Positions 1-12,848 of a stretch of 64,000 nt of DNA are shown here, piece after piece. How positions within the stretch are numbered: the stretch's first letter is position 1; each line of letters starts with the position of its first letter. Both the position numbers and the translations under genes were made by a program. Source of the stretch: Polyangiales bacterium (GTDB lineage: Bacteria; Myxococcota_A; Polyangia; Polyangiales; JADJQN01); NCBI GenBank assembly GCA_964202905.1, contig CAXNJO010000005.1, forward strand, positions 320,001 through 384,000, written 5' to 3'. The notes beneath the pieces are model-generated. The model saw only the letters and a program-made list of their open reading frames with translations. It was not told where the DNA came from and did no database searches.

Positions 1-1
1 G

Positions 2-1684
<1,683 letters not shown>

Positions 1685-1837
1685 GCGCCCGCTCCCGGGT
1701 GCCTGCCCCGCGCAGGCGAGACGACACGTCTGCGACACATCAAGAAGGTTGATAGGTCGTCCGTCGGGCTCCTCCGGGCGCCGCCCCCAGACCCGCCGCC
1801 GCGCCCCGAGCCCGACCTGCTACCCTCCGCGGCCGTC

Positions 1838-4682
1838 ATGGCCGCTGCGCGCTACCTCGTCGGCATCGACCTCGGCACCACGCACACCGTCGTCGCCTTC
1901 GCGGACACCGCGGGGCTCGCCGAGGGCGCGGTGCCGTCGGTGCACACCTTCGACGTCGCGCAGCTCGTCGCGCCCGGTGAGGTCGCGCCGCGCCCGCTGC
2001 TGCCCTCGCTCCGCTACCACGCCGCGCCGGGCGAGCTCGCCGAGAGCGACACGCAGCTCCCGTGGCATCCGCCCGACCTCGGCCCCGAGACGCCGCCCGC
2101 CGTGATCGGCGCCCTCGCGCGCACGCTCGGCGCGCGCAGCCCCGCGCGGCTCGTCGCGAGCGCGAAGAGCTGGCTCTCGCACGCAGGCGTCGACCGCACC
2201 GCGCGCATCCTCCCGTGGTCGGCCGCGAGCACCGCGCCGCACGACGACGTCCCGCGCGTCTCGCCCGTCGCCGCGAGCGCGAGCTACCTCGCGCATCTGC
2301 GTTGCAGCTGGGACGCGCAGCACCCCGCGCACCCGCTCCGCGCGCAGGAGGTGGTGCTCACCGTGCCCGCGTCCTTCGACGAGGCCGCGCGCGCCCTCAC
2401 GTTGCGGGCCGCGCGTGACGCGGGGCTCGGCGCGGTGCGCCTCGTCGAAGAGCCGCAGGCGGCCTTCTACCACTTCCTCGATCGTCACCGCGCCGACGTC
2501 ACGGCCGCGCTCGCGGACGTGCGCCTCGCGCTCGTCGTGGACGTCGGCGGCGGCACGACGGACCTCACGCTCATCCAGGTCGAGCTGCGCGAGAGCGGAC
2601 CGCGTCTCACGCGCATCGCGGTCGGCGAGCACCTCATGCTCGGCGGCGACAACATGGACCTCGCGCTCGCACGGCGCGCCGAGCAGCGGCTCGTCGGCAC
2701 GGGGACGAGCGGGCAGGCCGTCGCGCTGCCGGCCGCGCGCTTCGGCGAGCTCGTCGCGCAGTGCCGCGACGCCAAGGAGCGCATGCTCTCGCCCGGCGCG
2801 CCCGAGTCCGTCCGCGTCACCGTGCTCGGCGGCGGCTCGCGCCTCGTCGCCTCCGCGAAGACCACCGAGCTCACGCGCGCCGAGGTCGACGAGGTCGTGC
2901 GCAACGGCTTCTTTCCCGACGTCGCCGAGACGGAGCGCCCCGCGCGCCGCCGCACCGGCCTCGTGGAGCTGGGCCTGCCCTTCACCGCGGACGCCGGCAT
3001 CACGCGGCACATCGCGGCCTTCCTCGCCGCGCACGCCGAGCTCTCGCGCGCCGCGCTCGGCGATCGCGCCCCCGCAGGCGAGGCGCTGCCGATACCCGAC
3101 GCCGTGCTCCTGAACGGCGGCGTCTTCCACGGCGCGCCGCTCTCCACGCGGCTGCTCGAGGTGCTCGCTCAATGGCGCGGCGGTGCGAGGCCCACGCTCC
3201 TCCCCAACGACGCGCCCGATCTCGCGGTCGCGCGCGGCGCCGTCGCCTACGGCCTCGCGCGGCGCGGCGTGGGCCTGCGCATCGGCGGCGGCAGCGCGCG
3301 CAGCTACCACGTCGTCGTGAGCGGCCAGGCGGGCGGGCCACGCCGCGCCGTGTGCCTGCTGCCGCGCGGCGCCGAAGAGGGCGAGGAGCTCGTGCTCCGC
3401 GAGCGCGCGTTCACGCTGCGCGTCGGCGAGCCGGTGCGTTTCCACCTCGTCACCTCGACGGCCGAAGCGCGGGCCTGGCGCGCGGGCGAGCTCTTCGACC
3501 TCGACCCGGACGACGCGACCTTCGCGGATCTCCCGCCCATCATCGCGGTCCTCGAGTCCGAGGGCGGCGCCGCGCGCGGCGAGGTCCCCGTGCGCCTCGC
3601 CGCCGCGCTCACCGAGGTCGGCACGCTCGAGCTGAGCTGCCTCGAAGAGCCGGGCGGCCGCCGCTGGAAGCTCGAGATGGGCCTGCGCGGCGAGGCCAGC
3701 GACGAGGGCACGCCGCGCGCGATCACGCAGCTCCACCCGCGCTTCGCCGAGGCGACCGCCCGCATCCACGCCTTCTACGGCAAGAGCGCGCAGGACGTCG
3801 CCGCCAAGGAGATCAAGACGCTGCGCCAGGACCTCGAGCGCATCCTCGGCGCGCGCGAGACGTGGTCGACACCGCTGCTCCGCGAGCTCTTCAATGCCCT
3901 GCTCGCAGGCGCCAAACGCCGCCGCCGCAGCGCCGATCACGAGCGTGTGTGGTTTAACCTGTCCGGCTACTGCCTGCGCCCCGGTTTCGGCTATCCGCTC
4001 GACGACTGGCGCACGAAGCAGCTCTGGGCGCTCTTCGCCGAAGGCGTGCAGTTCGCGCCCGAGGCGCAGGTCTGGTCCGAGTGGTGGACGCTCTGGCGCC
4101 GCGTCGCGGGCGGCCTCGACGAAGCCGCGCAGACCCGCCTCGTCGACACGCTCGCGTACCACCTGATGCCGCCCTCGCCGCGCCCGCGCCCGCGCCCGAA
4201 GGGCCCCAAGATGCTCGGCCACGACGACATGGTGCGGTTGGTCGGGTCGCTCGAGCGCCTCGACCCCGCGAAGAAGGCGGAGGTCGGCGGCTGGCTCCTC
4301 GAGCGACTCACCAAGCACGACGAGCCGAAGCAGACGTGGTGGGCGGTCGGCCGCCTCGGCGCGCGCGTGCCCTTCTACGGCAGCGCGCACCAGGTGCTCC
4401 CCCGCGACACCGCGATGGCCTGGCTCGCCCTCGCGCTCCGACAGGACTGGGCGAAGGTCGACACCGCGATGTTCGCCGCCGCCCAGCTCGCGCGCGCCTC
4501 GGGCGACCGCGGGCGCGATCTCCCCGAAGCGCTCCGCCTCGAGGTCGCCGACCCGCCTCGAGCGCGCCGGCGCCCCCGCCGCGTGGCCCATGATGGTGCG
4601 CGAGCCGACGGTGCTCGCGGAGGCCGAAGAGCGCCGCGTCTTCGGCGAGTCGCTGCCGCCCGGCCTCGTCCTCGTCGAGTAG
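1838..4682 (+). CDS. Atypical Hsp70-family protein with DUF3731-like C-terminal domain (one frameshift near 4552)
   Basis: GIDLGTT, TVPASFD, EEPQAA, DVGGGTTD; C-terminal WFNLSGYCLRPGFGYPLDDWR. Removing one C at gaccc (~4552) gives ...RRVFGESLPPGLVLVE* with TAG at 4680-4682, which also removes the overlap with the next gene. Confidence 0.88.
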
Positions 4683-4713
4683 CCCCGGCCCCGCGCGAGC
4701 TCCCCCGAATCCC

Positions 4714-5460
4714 ATGCTCGCCGCCGGCACCCTCCACCGACTCGGGCCCTTCGACATCCCCGGCGTCGGCGCGCGGCACCTGCGCGCCTACGTCCCGCAC
4801 GCGCGCCCGAAGCGGCGCCCGCCGCGGCTGCTCGTGCTCTTCGACGCGCAGAACGTGTTCGACGACGGGCCCGCGTTCAGCGGTGTCGGCTGGCACGTGC
4901 ACACGGCCGCCGAATCACTGCGCGCGCTCGCGCCCGTGATCGTCGCCGTCGAACACGGCGGCAGCGCGCGGCTCGACGAGCTCTCGCCCTTCGCCACCGA
5001 GCGCTCGCGCGGCCAGCTCCCCGCGCTCGTGGCGTGGCTCGCCGACGAGGTCGTCACCGACGCGTGGAAGAAGCTCGGCGTGCTCCCCGAGCCGCGCGGC
5101 ACGATGATCGGCGGCTCCTCGATGGGCGGGCTCGCCGCGATGTACGCGCACCACGCGCGCCCCGATCGCTTCGGCGCCGCGCTCTGCATGTCGTCGTCGT
5201 TCTGGTTCGGTCACGGCCGCATCGCGGAGTACGTCGCGCGCAGCCCGCGCCCGCTCGCCTCGCGCATCTACCTCGACGTCGGCAGCCGCGAAGGCCGCGG
5301 CATGGTCGAGGGCTCGCGCAGCCTCGCGGCCCTCTTGCGCGCCCGCGGCTACGGCGACGAAACCCTGAAATTCCGGCTCGATCCGCGCGGTCGCCACGAC
5401 GAGCGCGCCTGGCGTCGACGCTTCGGTGGGGCCGTGCGCTTCCTCGCTCGCGCGCGCTGA
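4714..5460 (+). CDS. Alpha/beta-hydrolase, putative esterase family
   Basis: FDAQNVF, nucleophile elbow GGSSMGG, YLDVGSREG, H-D-E-x-A-W-x-x-R. Confidence 0.85.
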   Translation: MLAAGTLHRLGPFDIPGVGARHLRAYVPHARPKRRPPRLLVLFDAQNVFDDGPAFSGVGWHVHTAAESLRALAPVIVAVEHGGSARLDELSPFATERSRGQLPALVAWLADEVVTDAWKKLGVLPEPRGTMIGGSSMGGLAAMYAHHARPDRFGAALCMSSSFWFGHGRIAEYVARSPRPLASRIYLDVGSREGRGMVEGSRSLAALLRARGYGDETLKFRLDPRGRHDERAWRRRFGGAVRFLARAR

Positions 5461-5511
5461 GCGCCGCTGAAATCCGACCGTTCCACGCGTACTCTCGGGC
5501 CCCGAGGCCCC

Positions 5512-8500
5512 ATGAACCGCTTCCTTTCCCGCTCCCCGTCCACGCTCCTCGCCGCCACGCTCGCCGCCTGCGCCGCCCTCTTCGCCGCAGGCACCGCCGA
5601 CGCGCAGACGACCATCTCGGGCGGCAACGTCATCAACCAGACGTGGACGACGGCCGGCTCCCCCTACACCGTGCAGGGCGACATCATCGTCCCTGCCGGC
5701 GCCTTCCTCACCATCGAGTCCGGCGTCGAGGTGCGCTTCACCACGACGGACGCGCTCGCAGCGAACAGCGACACCGCGCGCGTCGAACTCATCGTGCGCG
5801 GTCAGCTCACCGTCAACGGCACGGCCGGTTCGCCCGTCCGCTTCCGCTCCACGACGGGCACGGCCGCAGGGTCCTGGGTCGGCCTCATCGTCGAATCCGG
5901 CGCGACTTCCGCATCCATCCAGGGCGCGATCATCGAGCACGCCGCCAACGGACTTCGGACCTCGCTCCCGGGCCTCACGCTCACCGACTCGACGGTCCGC
6001 ACGAACGCGAATGGCCTGCTCATCGCGGCGGGCAATCCCACCCTCGCGAACATCACCGCGACGGGCAACTCCACCGGCATCCGCGTCGAGACCGCCGGAG
6101 CGCTCTCGCTCCAGGGCTGCCTGCTCACCGGCAACACCACCGGCATCGAGGTCTTGCAGAGCGCCGGCTCCGCGGCCTCGAGCGCCGCGGGCTGCACCAT
6201 CGACGCCCAGACCAGCGTCGGTGTGCTCACGAACTCCGCGGCCGGCGGCGTCTTCAACCTCTCCAACTCCATCGTGACCAACGGCGGTTCGTATGGCGTC
6301 TATCGCCAGTCGAGCGGCACCTTCAACGTCACGTATTCCGACGTCTGGAACAACCCCTCCGGCAATACCTTCAATCTCACGCTCGGCACGGGCTGCTTCA
6401 ACGCGAATCCCCTCTTCGTCTCCGCGACCAATCGCCGCCTCACCTCCAACAGCCCCGCGCGCTTCGCGGGGATGAGCGGCGAGGACCTCGGCTTCCTCCC
6501 CTACGTCAGCGACGCGACGGTCGGCCTGCTCGGCACGCTCTGGGTGAATACCACCCTCCCGTCCGGCACGAATACCCTCCTCGGCGATCTCACCGTCGCC
6601 CCCGGCGTCACGCTCACCGTCCCCGCCGGTGCCACGGTGTCTGCCGCGACGACCGATCAGATGCGCGCCTACACCGACACGAGCCGCGTCGAGCTGCGCG
6701 TGTTCGGCACGCTCATCGCCGTCGGCACCAGCGGTTCGCCGATCACCTTCACCTCGGCGGGCACCGCGGCCGGGTCCTGGTACGGCGTCGAGTTCCAGTC
6801 GACCGCGCCCGCCGGTTCGCGCATCGAACAGGCGGTGATCGAAGAGGCCGCATCCGGCATCCACCACCGCTCGACGGCTGCGCAGATCGTGCGCGAAACC
6901 ACCTTCCGCACCAATGCCAACGGCCTGCTGATCGCCACCGGCACACCCACGCTCGCGAACCTCACGGGCACCAACAACGCGACGGCCATCCGCGTCGAGT
7001 CGACCGGCGCGCTCGCCCTCGTCGGCTGCCTGCTCACCGGCAACACCACGGGCATCGAGGTCTTGCAGAACGCAAGCTCCGCGGCCTCGAGCGCCGCGGG
7101 CTGCACCATCGACGCCCAGACCAGCGTCGGTGTGCTCACGAACTCCGCGGCCGGCGGCGTCTTCAACCTCTCCAACTCCATCGTGACCAACGGCGGTTCG
7201 TATGGCGTCTATCGCCAGTCGAGCGGCACCTTCAACGTCACGTATTCCGACGTCTGGAACAACCCCTCCGGCAATACCTTCAATCTCACGCTCGGCACGG
7301 GCTGCTTCAACGCGAATCCCCTCTTCGTCTCCGCGACCAATCGCCGCCTCACCTCCAACAGCCCCGCGCGCTTCGCGGGGATGAGCGGCGAGGACCTCGG
7401 CTTCCTCCCCTACGTCAGCGACGCGACGGTCGGCCTGCTCGGCACGCTCTGGGTGAATACCACCCTCCCGTCCGGCACGAATACCCTCCTCGGCGATCTC
7501 ACCGTCGCCCCCGGCGTCACGCTCACCGTCCCCGCCGGTGCCACGGTGTCCGCCGCGACGACCGATCAGATGCGCGCCTACACCGACACGAGCCGCGTCG
7601 AGCTGCGCGTGTTCGGCACGCTCATCGCCGTCGGCACCAGCGGTTCGCCGATCACCTTCACCTCGGCGGGCACCGCGGCCGGGTCCTGGTACGGCGTCGA
7701 GTTCCAGTCGAGCGCGCCCGCCGGCTCGCGCATCGAATACGCCGTGTTCGAAGAGGCCGCCTCGGGCCTCCACCACCGCTCGACGGCCGCACAGATCGTG
7801 CGTGACGTCACCTTCCGCACCAACGCCAACGGCCTGCTGATCGCGGCGGGCACACCCGCGCTCGAGAACCTCACGGGCACCAACAACTCGACCGCCATCC
7901 GCGTCGAATCGGCCGGTGCGCTCGCCCTCGCCAACTGCTTGCTCACCGGCAACACCACCGGCATCGAGGTCTTGCAGAACGCGGGCTCCGCGCCCTCGAA
8001 CGCGTCGGGTTGCACCATCGACGCCCAGACCAGCGTCGGTGTGCTCACGAACTCCGCGTCCGGCGGCGTCTTCAACCTCTCCAACTCCATCGTGACCAAC
8101 GGCGGTTCGTATGGCGTCTATCGCCAGTCGGGCGGCACCTTCAACGTCACGTATTCCGACGTCTGGAACAACCCCTCCGGCAATACCTTCAATCTCACGC
8201 TCGGCACGGGCTGCTTCAGCGCGAATCCGCAGTACGTGGCCCCCACGGATCGTCATCTCCAGCCCTCGAGCGTCGCCATCGACGTCGGCACGGCGACGGG
8301 CGCGCCGGCCTTCGACCTCGAGCGGCGCACGCGCCCGCTCAACGGCGATGGGCTCGGTGGCGCCGCGCACGATCTCGGCGCGTACGAATACGCGCCCCTC
8401 GTCTTCTGCGGCGACGGCATCGTGCAGTCCGGCGAGACCTGCGACAGCGGCGCGTCCAACGGCAGCTACGGCGCCTGCAACTCGACCTGCACCGGACTCG

Positions 8501-10386
8501 GCGCGCGCTGCGGCGACGGCACGGTGAACGGCCCCGAGGCCTGCGACGACGGCAACACGTCGAACACCGACGCCTGCACCAACACCTGTGTCGCCGCGCG
8601 CTGCGGCGACGGCGTCATCCGCGCGGGCACGGAGACCTGCGACGACGGCAACATGGTGAACACCGACGCCTGCACCAACACCTGCGCGGCGGCGCGCTGC
8701 GGTGACGGCTTCGTGCGCGCAGGCACCGAGACGTGCGACGACGGCAACACCTCCAACGGCGACGCCTGCACCAACGCGTGCAACGCGGCGACCTGCGGCG
8801 ATGGCTACACCTGGGTCGGCGTCGAGACCTGCGACGACGGCAACACCGTCAATACCGACGCCTGCCCGAACAGCTGCGCGGGCGCCGTGTGCGGCGACGG
8901 AATCGTGCAGTCGGGCGAGGCCTGCGACGACGCCAACACGGTGAACACCGACGCCTGCACCAACACCTGCGCCAGCGCGCGCTGCGGCGACGGATTCACG
9001 CAGACCGGCGTCGAGGCCTGTGACGACGCCAACACGGTGAACACCGACGCCTGCACCAACACCTGTGTGGTGGCCACGTGCGGCGACGGCTTCGTGCAGA
9101 TGGGCGTCGAGGCCTGCGACGACGGCAACATGGTGAACACCGACGCCTGCACCAACCTGTGTGTCCTCGCGCGCTGCGGCGACGGAATCGTGCAGTCGGG
9201 CGAGGCCTGCGACGACGGCAATGCCATCGACACCGACGCCTGCAGCAACAGCTGTCGCGCTGCGGCGTGCGGTGACGGCGTCGTGCAGATGGGCGAGCAG
9301 TGCGACGACGGGAACCTGGTCCCCGACGACGCGTGTTCGAATGCGTGTCTCAACGCGCGCTGCGGCGACGGGATCCGGCAGTCGGGCGAAGCCTGCGACG
9401 ATGGCAATGCCGACGACACCGACGCCTGCACGTCGATGTGCCGTGTCGCGGCCTGCGGCGACGGAATCGTGCAATCCGGCGAGCAGTGCGACGACGGCAA
9501 CACCGTGAACACCGACGCCTGCACCGCGTCGTGCACGACCGCGCGCTGCGGCGACGGCGTGACGCAGCTCGGCGTCGAGGACTGCGACGACGGCAACGCC
9601 TCCAACACCGACGCCTGCGTCGACAGCTGCGTCGCGGCCGCGTGCGGCGACGGCTATCTGCGCAGCGGCGTCGAGGCCTGCGACGACGGCAACACCGTCG
9701 AGGGCGACGGCTGCACTGCGATGTGCGCCCTCGCGAGCTGCGGCGACGGCACCGTGCAGTCGCCCGAGGCCTGCGACGACGGCAACGCCTCGAACCTCGA
9801 CGGTTGCCTCTCGACCTGCCTGCTCGCGAGCTGTGGCGACGGCTTCCGCCGCGTCGGCACCGAGGCCTGCGACGACGGCAACGGCGACGACACCGACGCC
9901 TGCCTCACCACCTGCCAGAGCGCGAGCTGCGGCGACGGCTTCGTGCAGATGGGCGTCGAGGCCTGCGACGACGGCAACGGCGAGGACACCGACGCCTGCC
10001 TCGTCACCTGCGAGAGCGCCGCGTGCGGCGACGGCTTCGTGCAGACGGGCGTCGAGACCTGCGACGACGCCAACACCACCCCCGGCGACGGCTGCAACGC
10101 CTCGTGCGTGCGCGAAGAGCCCATGCCCGACGGCGGGATCCCCGACGCAGGCAGTTCCGACGCGGGCAGCCCCGACATGGGCGCCGACGATCTCGGCGTG
10201 GGCGACGCGGGCACGGGCGACGCGAGTGCACTCCCCGACACGCGTCGCGACGACGGCGGCTGCGGCTGCCGCATCGCAGGCGCCGCGACTCCCACGCACG
10301 GCGGAGCGCGGGATTCGAGCATCGGATTCTTCGCCGTGCTCGCGCTGCTCGGCGTGGTTCGCCTCACGCGCCGTCGGCGGGGCTGA
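5512..10386 (+). CDS. Large secreted surface protein: three beta-helix modules, 18 myxobacterial Cys-rich (DUF4215-type) repeats, MYXO-CTERM-type anchor
   Basis: Signal peptide ending ADA-Q; Asn/Thr-rich parallel beta-helix repeats; DLERRTRP...DLGAYE motif; 18 CGDG-x-E-x-CD units; C-terminal GGCGC, TM helix and RRRR. Confidence 0.9.
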   Translation: MNRFLSRSPSTLLAATLAACAALFAAGTADAQTTISGGNVINQTWTTAGSPYTVQGDIIVPAGAFLTIESGVEVRFTTTDALAANSDTARVELIVRGQLTVNGTAGSPVRFRSTTGTAAGSWVGLIVESGATSASIQGAIIEHAANGLRTSLPGLTLTDSTVRTNANGLLIAAGNPTLANITATGNSTGIRVETAGALSLQGCLLTGNTTGIEVLQSAGSAASSAAGCTIDAQTSVGVLTNSAAGGVFNLSNSIVTNGGSYGVYRQSSGTFNVTYSDVWNNPSGNTFNLTLGTGCFNANPLFVSATNRRLTSNSPARFAGMSGEDLGFLPYVSDATVGLLGTLWVNTTLPSGTNTLLGDLTVAPGVTLTVPAGATVSAATTDQMRAYTDTSRVELRVFGTLIAVGTSGSPITFTSAGTAAGSWYGVEFQSTAPAGSRIEQAVIEEAASGIHHRSTAAQIVRETTFRTNANGLLIATGTPTLANLTGTNNATAIRVESTGALALVGCLLTGNTTGIEVLQNASSAASSAAGCTIDAQTSVGVLTNSAAGGVFNLSNSIVTNGGSYGVYRQSSGTFNVTYSDVWNNPSGNTFNLTLGTGCFNANPLFVSATNRRLTSNSPARFAGMSGEDLGFLPYVSDATVGLLGTLWVNTTLPSGTNTLLGDLTVAPGVTLTVPAGATVSAATTDQMRAYTDTSRVELRVFGTLIAVGTSGSPITFTSAGTAAGSWYGVEFQSSAPAGSRIEYAVFEEAASGLHHRSTAAQIVRDVTFRTNANGLLIAAGTPALENLTGTNNSTAIRVESAGALALANCLLTGNTTGIEVLQNAGSAPSNASGCTIDAQTSVGVLTNSASGGVFNLSNSIVTNGGSYGVYRQSGGTFNVTYSDVWNNPSGNTFNLTLGTGCFSANPQYVAPTDRHLQPSSVAIDVGTATGAPAFDLERRTRPLNGDGLGGAAHDLGAYEYAPLVFCGDGIVQSGETCDSGASNGSYGACNSTCTGLGARCGDGTVNGPEACDDGNTSNTDACTNTCVAARCGDGVIRAGTETCDDGNMVNTDACTNTCAAARCGDGFVRAGTETCDDGNTSNGDACTNACNAATCGDGYTWVGVETCDDGNTVNTDACPNSCAGAVCGDGIVQSGEACDDANTVNTDACTNTCASARCGDGFTQTGVEACDDANTVNTDACTNTCVVATCGDGFVQMGVEACDDGNMVNTDACTNLCVLARCGDGIVQSGEACDDGNAIDTDACSNSCRAAACGDGVVQMGEQCDDGNLVPDDACSNACLNARCGDGIRQSGEACDDGNADDTDACTSMCRVAACGDGIVQSGEQCDDGNTVNTDACTASCTTARCGDGVTQLGVEDCDDGNASNTDACVDSCVAAACGDGYLRSGVEACDDGNTVEGDGCTAMCALASCGDGTVQSPEACDDGNASNLDGCLSTCLLASCGDGFRRVGTEACDDGNGDDTDACLTTCQSASCGDGFVQMGVEACDDGNGEDTDACLVTCESAACGDGFVQTGVETCDDANTTPGDGCNASCVREEPMPDGGIPDAGSSDAGSPDMGADDLGVGDAGTGDASALPDTRRDDGGCGCRIAGAATPTHGGARDSSIGFFAVLALLGVVRLTRRRRG
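6115..8217 (+). repeat. Intragenic tandem direct repeat, period 909 bp (303 aa)
   Basis: The same sequence recurs at 6293, 7202 and 8111. About 6168-6800 and 7077-7709 are nearly identical. Confidence 0.95.
8407..10110 (+). repeat. 18 tandem Cys-rich repeats (~31-32 aa each)
   Basis: Recurrent tgcggcgacggc...tgcgacgacggcaac units; 18 CGDG motifs counted in the translation. Confidence 0.9.
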
Positions 10387-10508
10387 GGCGTGCGACACGA
10401 GCCCGAGATCGAGGCGGCCCGTCTCGCGCGGCCCGCCTCCTCCGCGCGCCTCGAGACCGCGACGTTCGTGCGTCCGCCCACGGCCCACGCAGGGAGTCTG
10501 CGTATCCC

Positions 10509-10631
10509 GTGCTGATCGCCTCGTGCGGCGCGGTCCTCACGATGGCGCTCGGCGTGCTCGGGCTGCTCGCGCCTGCGCGCGCGGCGCGGCTCGTCGGCCT
10601 CACCCCGCAAGGCGCGCTGCGCTTCGCCTGA
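10509..10631 (+). pseudogene. Short hydrophobic ORF, probable truncated membrane-protein gene (DUF4345-like N-terminus)
   Basis: VLIASCGAVLTMALGVLGLLAPARAARLVGLTPQGALRFA*: one TM helix, then an early stop. Confidence 0.35.
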
Positions 10632-10792
10632 GCAAGACGCGCATCCGTCCGCATCGCGCGCGGCGGCCTCAGCGGTCGTCGAACTGCCCGTGTCGGCCCG
10701 CGCCTCCGAGGAGGCGACGGGCGCCGTCACGGCACCGCCCCCGCGAGCGCCCATGCCGGGGTGAGGGCCGGGTGCGTCGATCGCGGCGGCGA

Positions 10793-11137
10793 TCACGCGT
10801 CTCCGTCGAGGAGGCCGCCACGCGCAGCGGGCCGCCCCTCCCGCGAAGACTCGAGTTGACCGAACCACGCGCGCAGCGCCGCGAGCGGGCGCGCGTCGAG
10901 CGCATAGACGCGGCGACGCCCGTCGCGACGCACGACGACGAGCCCCGCCTCCCGCAGGACCTTGAGGTGCTGCGAGAGCGCGGGCTGGCTCGAGGCGTCG
11001 AGCTGCGCGAGCAATTCCCCCACCGAACGCTCGCCCTCGCCGAGCAGCGCGAGGATGCGCCGCCGCGTGCCATCGCCGAGCGCGTGGAAGGCGGGCGACG
11101 TGGGGGGCGCAGGCGGGGTGTGGATGCCGGGACGCGT
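10793..11137 (-). CDS. ArsR/SmtB-family transcriptional regulator (start uncertain)
   Basis: FHALGDGTRRRILALL, SQPALSQHLKVLREAGLV, RRDGRRRVYAL. No nearby ATG; an in-frame ACG at 11137 lies 5 nt after TATCCT, and there is a GTG at 11185. Confidence 0.85.
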   Translation of the reverse strand, partial: TRPGIHTPPAPPTSPAFHALGDGTRRRILALLGEGERSVGELLAQLDASSQPALSQHLKVLREAGLVVVRRDGRRRVYALDARPLAALRAWFGQLESSREGRPAARGGLLDGDA

Positions 11138-11145
11138 CGCCGAGG

Positions 11146-11161
11146 ATAAGTGACGACTTAT
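11146..11161. promoter_or_regulatory. AT-rich palindrome ATAAGT-gacg-ACTTAT, candidate ArsR operator overlapping a -10 box
   Basis: Perfect 6-bp inverted arms directly upstream of the ArsR coding region, overlapping TATCCT (11148-11143, - strand). Confidence 0.6.
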
Positions 11162-11780
11162 GCGTGAACCAGCCCCCGGCGGCACGGGCGCCCCGAGCCC
11201 CGCGGACGACCAGCGCGACGAGGCGATCGACGAAGGCGGGCGTGGCGCGGGCCTGCTCGACGAAGAGGCGATGCGTGATCGCGCCGGCCACGGCGGTCGC
11301 GGCCATGCGCACATCGGCTTCTGCGGTGAGCTCGCCGCGCGCGACGGCCCGCCGAAAGAGCGCGCGGGGCCCCGCCTCGCGACCGCGGCGCAGCGACGCG
11401 ATCAGCAGGCGCACCTCGGGATCCGCGCCGTCCGCGAAGAGCGTCCGCAGCACGCCGCGCCCGACGGGCGAATCGGCGAACGCGGCCGCACGGCGCACGA
11501 AGGCGCGCATGTCCGCGTGCAGCGAGCCGTCGTCCGGGAGCGGCGCGTCGTGTCCCATCGCCCGGGCGAGCGCGGCCGCGACGAGCGCGCCCTTCGTGGG
11601 CCAGCGCCGATACACGCTCGTCTTGTGGAGGCCGGCCCGCGCCGACACCGCCGGCACGCTCAGCCGATGCAGGCCGACCCGCGCGAGCTCGTCGAGCGTG
11701 ACCTCGAGCACGCGCGCGACGACCGGCTCACCACGGCGCGCACGCAGCGCGGACGATGTGTCAGCGGCTCGCGACCTCAT
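11158..11780 (-). CDS. TetR/AcrR-family regulator (3' end obscured by a probable indel)
   Basis: LSVPAVSARAGLHKTSVYRRWPTKGAL HTH; PDDGSLHADM and RAVARGEL C-terminal motifs. ATG overlaps the desaturase stop (ATGA). No in-frame stop at the expected end. Confidence 0.85.
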
Positions 11781-12578
11781 GCGCGCCCCCCGCGCGTGTC
11801 CGAGTCGGTCCCTCGGCTGCGCGTGACGAAGGCCTGCTCGTAGTCGGCGATCTCCGCGCCGAAGAGGCGATCCCACAGGCGCGTGTGGAGCCCGAAGTTC
11901 CCGCGGGAGCGCGTGTGATGGAGGCTGTGAAACGTCGCCGTGTTGATGAAGCGCAACACCAGCACCTTCAGCGAGCCAAGCGGGGAGGACCTCGTAGCCG
12001 AGGTGCGCCATGACGTTGTTCGCGAGGCCGAGCGCCTGGAGCACGGCGATCGACGCCATCGGGATCGGCAGGACCACGGCCGCGGGGACGACCCACGCGC
12101 CGAGCAGCACGGCCTCTACGACGTGAAACGAGTACGAGGTGAACGGGTTCACGTCGACGCTGCGGTGATGCACGACGTGGATGTGGCGGAAGAGCCGCGG
12201 GTGATGCAGCAGGCGGTGCCAGCCGTAGAACCACGCGTCGTTGAAGAAGAAGCCCGCGACGCACCAGCCCGCCACCACGAGGGGCGCAGCGGGCCCGTCG
12301 TGCAGCCGCGTGAGCCCCGCGGCGTGCAGGCCCACCACCGCACCCGCGCTCGCCGTGCCCGCGACGAGCGTGACGAGCGTGTGGCCGATCTCGCGACGGA
12401 GCTGGCGCGCATCGACGCGCGCGGGCGCCGGGATGCGCGCGGTCCGAAAGCGCACGCGGCCGAGCCGCCAGACGCCGACGAAGAGCCCACCGACGACCAC
12501 GAAGTAGCCGAGCACCTGCGCGACGAGGTTCTGGGCGAGCCAGGGCAGAAGCTCAGCGGAGGTGGGCATGGCGTCCAT
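11777..12578 (-). CDS. Sterol desaturase / fatty-acid hydroxylase family protein (frameshift ~11975)
   Basis: His boxes HRLLH, HVVHH and, in the next frame, FHSLHH...GNFG...LWDRLFG. Confidence 0.88.
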
Positions 12579-12596
12579 CGCGCGAGGCTAGCGAAC

Positions 12597-12627
12597 GCAA
12601 CTCAAGGTTGCAATCGCTCGGGTTGCA
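12597..12627. promoter_or_regulatory. Tandem GCAA...TTGC inverted repeats, candidate TetR operator
   Basis: GCAAC-tcaag-GTTGC (12597-12611) and TGCAA-N9-TTGCA (12609-12627), just upstream of the TAGCCT -10 box of the desaturase-tetR operon. Confidence 0.5.
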
Positions 12628-12848
12628 TCACACCCGCGATCGGCGCGCGCGCGGAACGTCGACCGGCACGACGACCGCCACGACGACGGCGCTCGTTGCC
12701 TCCGCTCCGGCGACGACGGCGCGTCACCCGGCGCCGCGCCGATCTACGCTCCACGCTCTGCGCCACGCGCACCCCGCTCCTCCGGCTCGGCCGCGGCGGG
12801 CTGGTCCCGGAACGTCGCTGACGCCAACACCCCGCCTCCCGCACACGC

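Noticed and set aside
6115..8217. Long near-identical repeats as a DGR template/variable pair
   Set aside because: All copies are in frame within one CDS, differences are not confined to adenines, and no reverse transcriptase is in the window.
8407..10110. Regularly spaced repeats resembling a CRISPR array
   Set aside because: They are degenerate protein-coding Cys-rich repeats; no cas genes were seen.
4915..10488. 1857-aa antisense ORF and the many other long Arg/Ala/Gly-rich ORFs in the track
   Set aside because: Shadow ORFs of GC-rich coding sequence; no motifs, and they overlap well-supported genes.
9654..12578. 974-aa desaturase-TetR mega-ORF
   Set aside because: Chimera produced by indels; the desaturase C-terminus is in another frame and stops at the tetR ATG.
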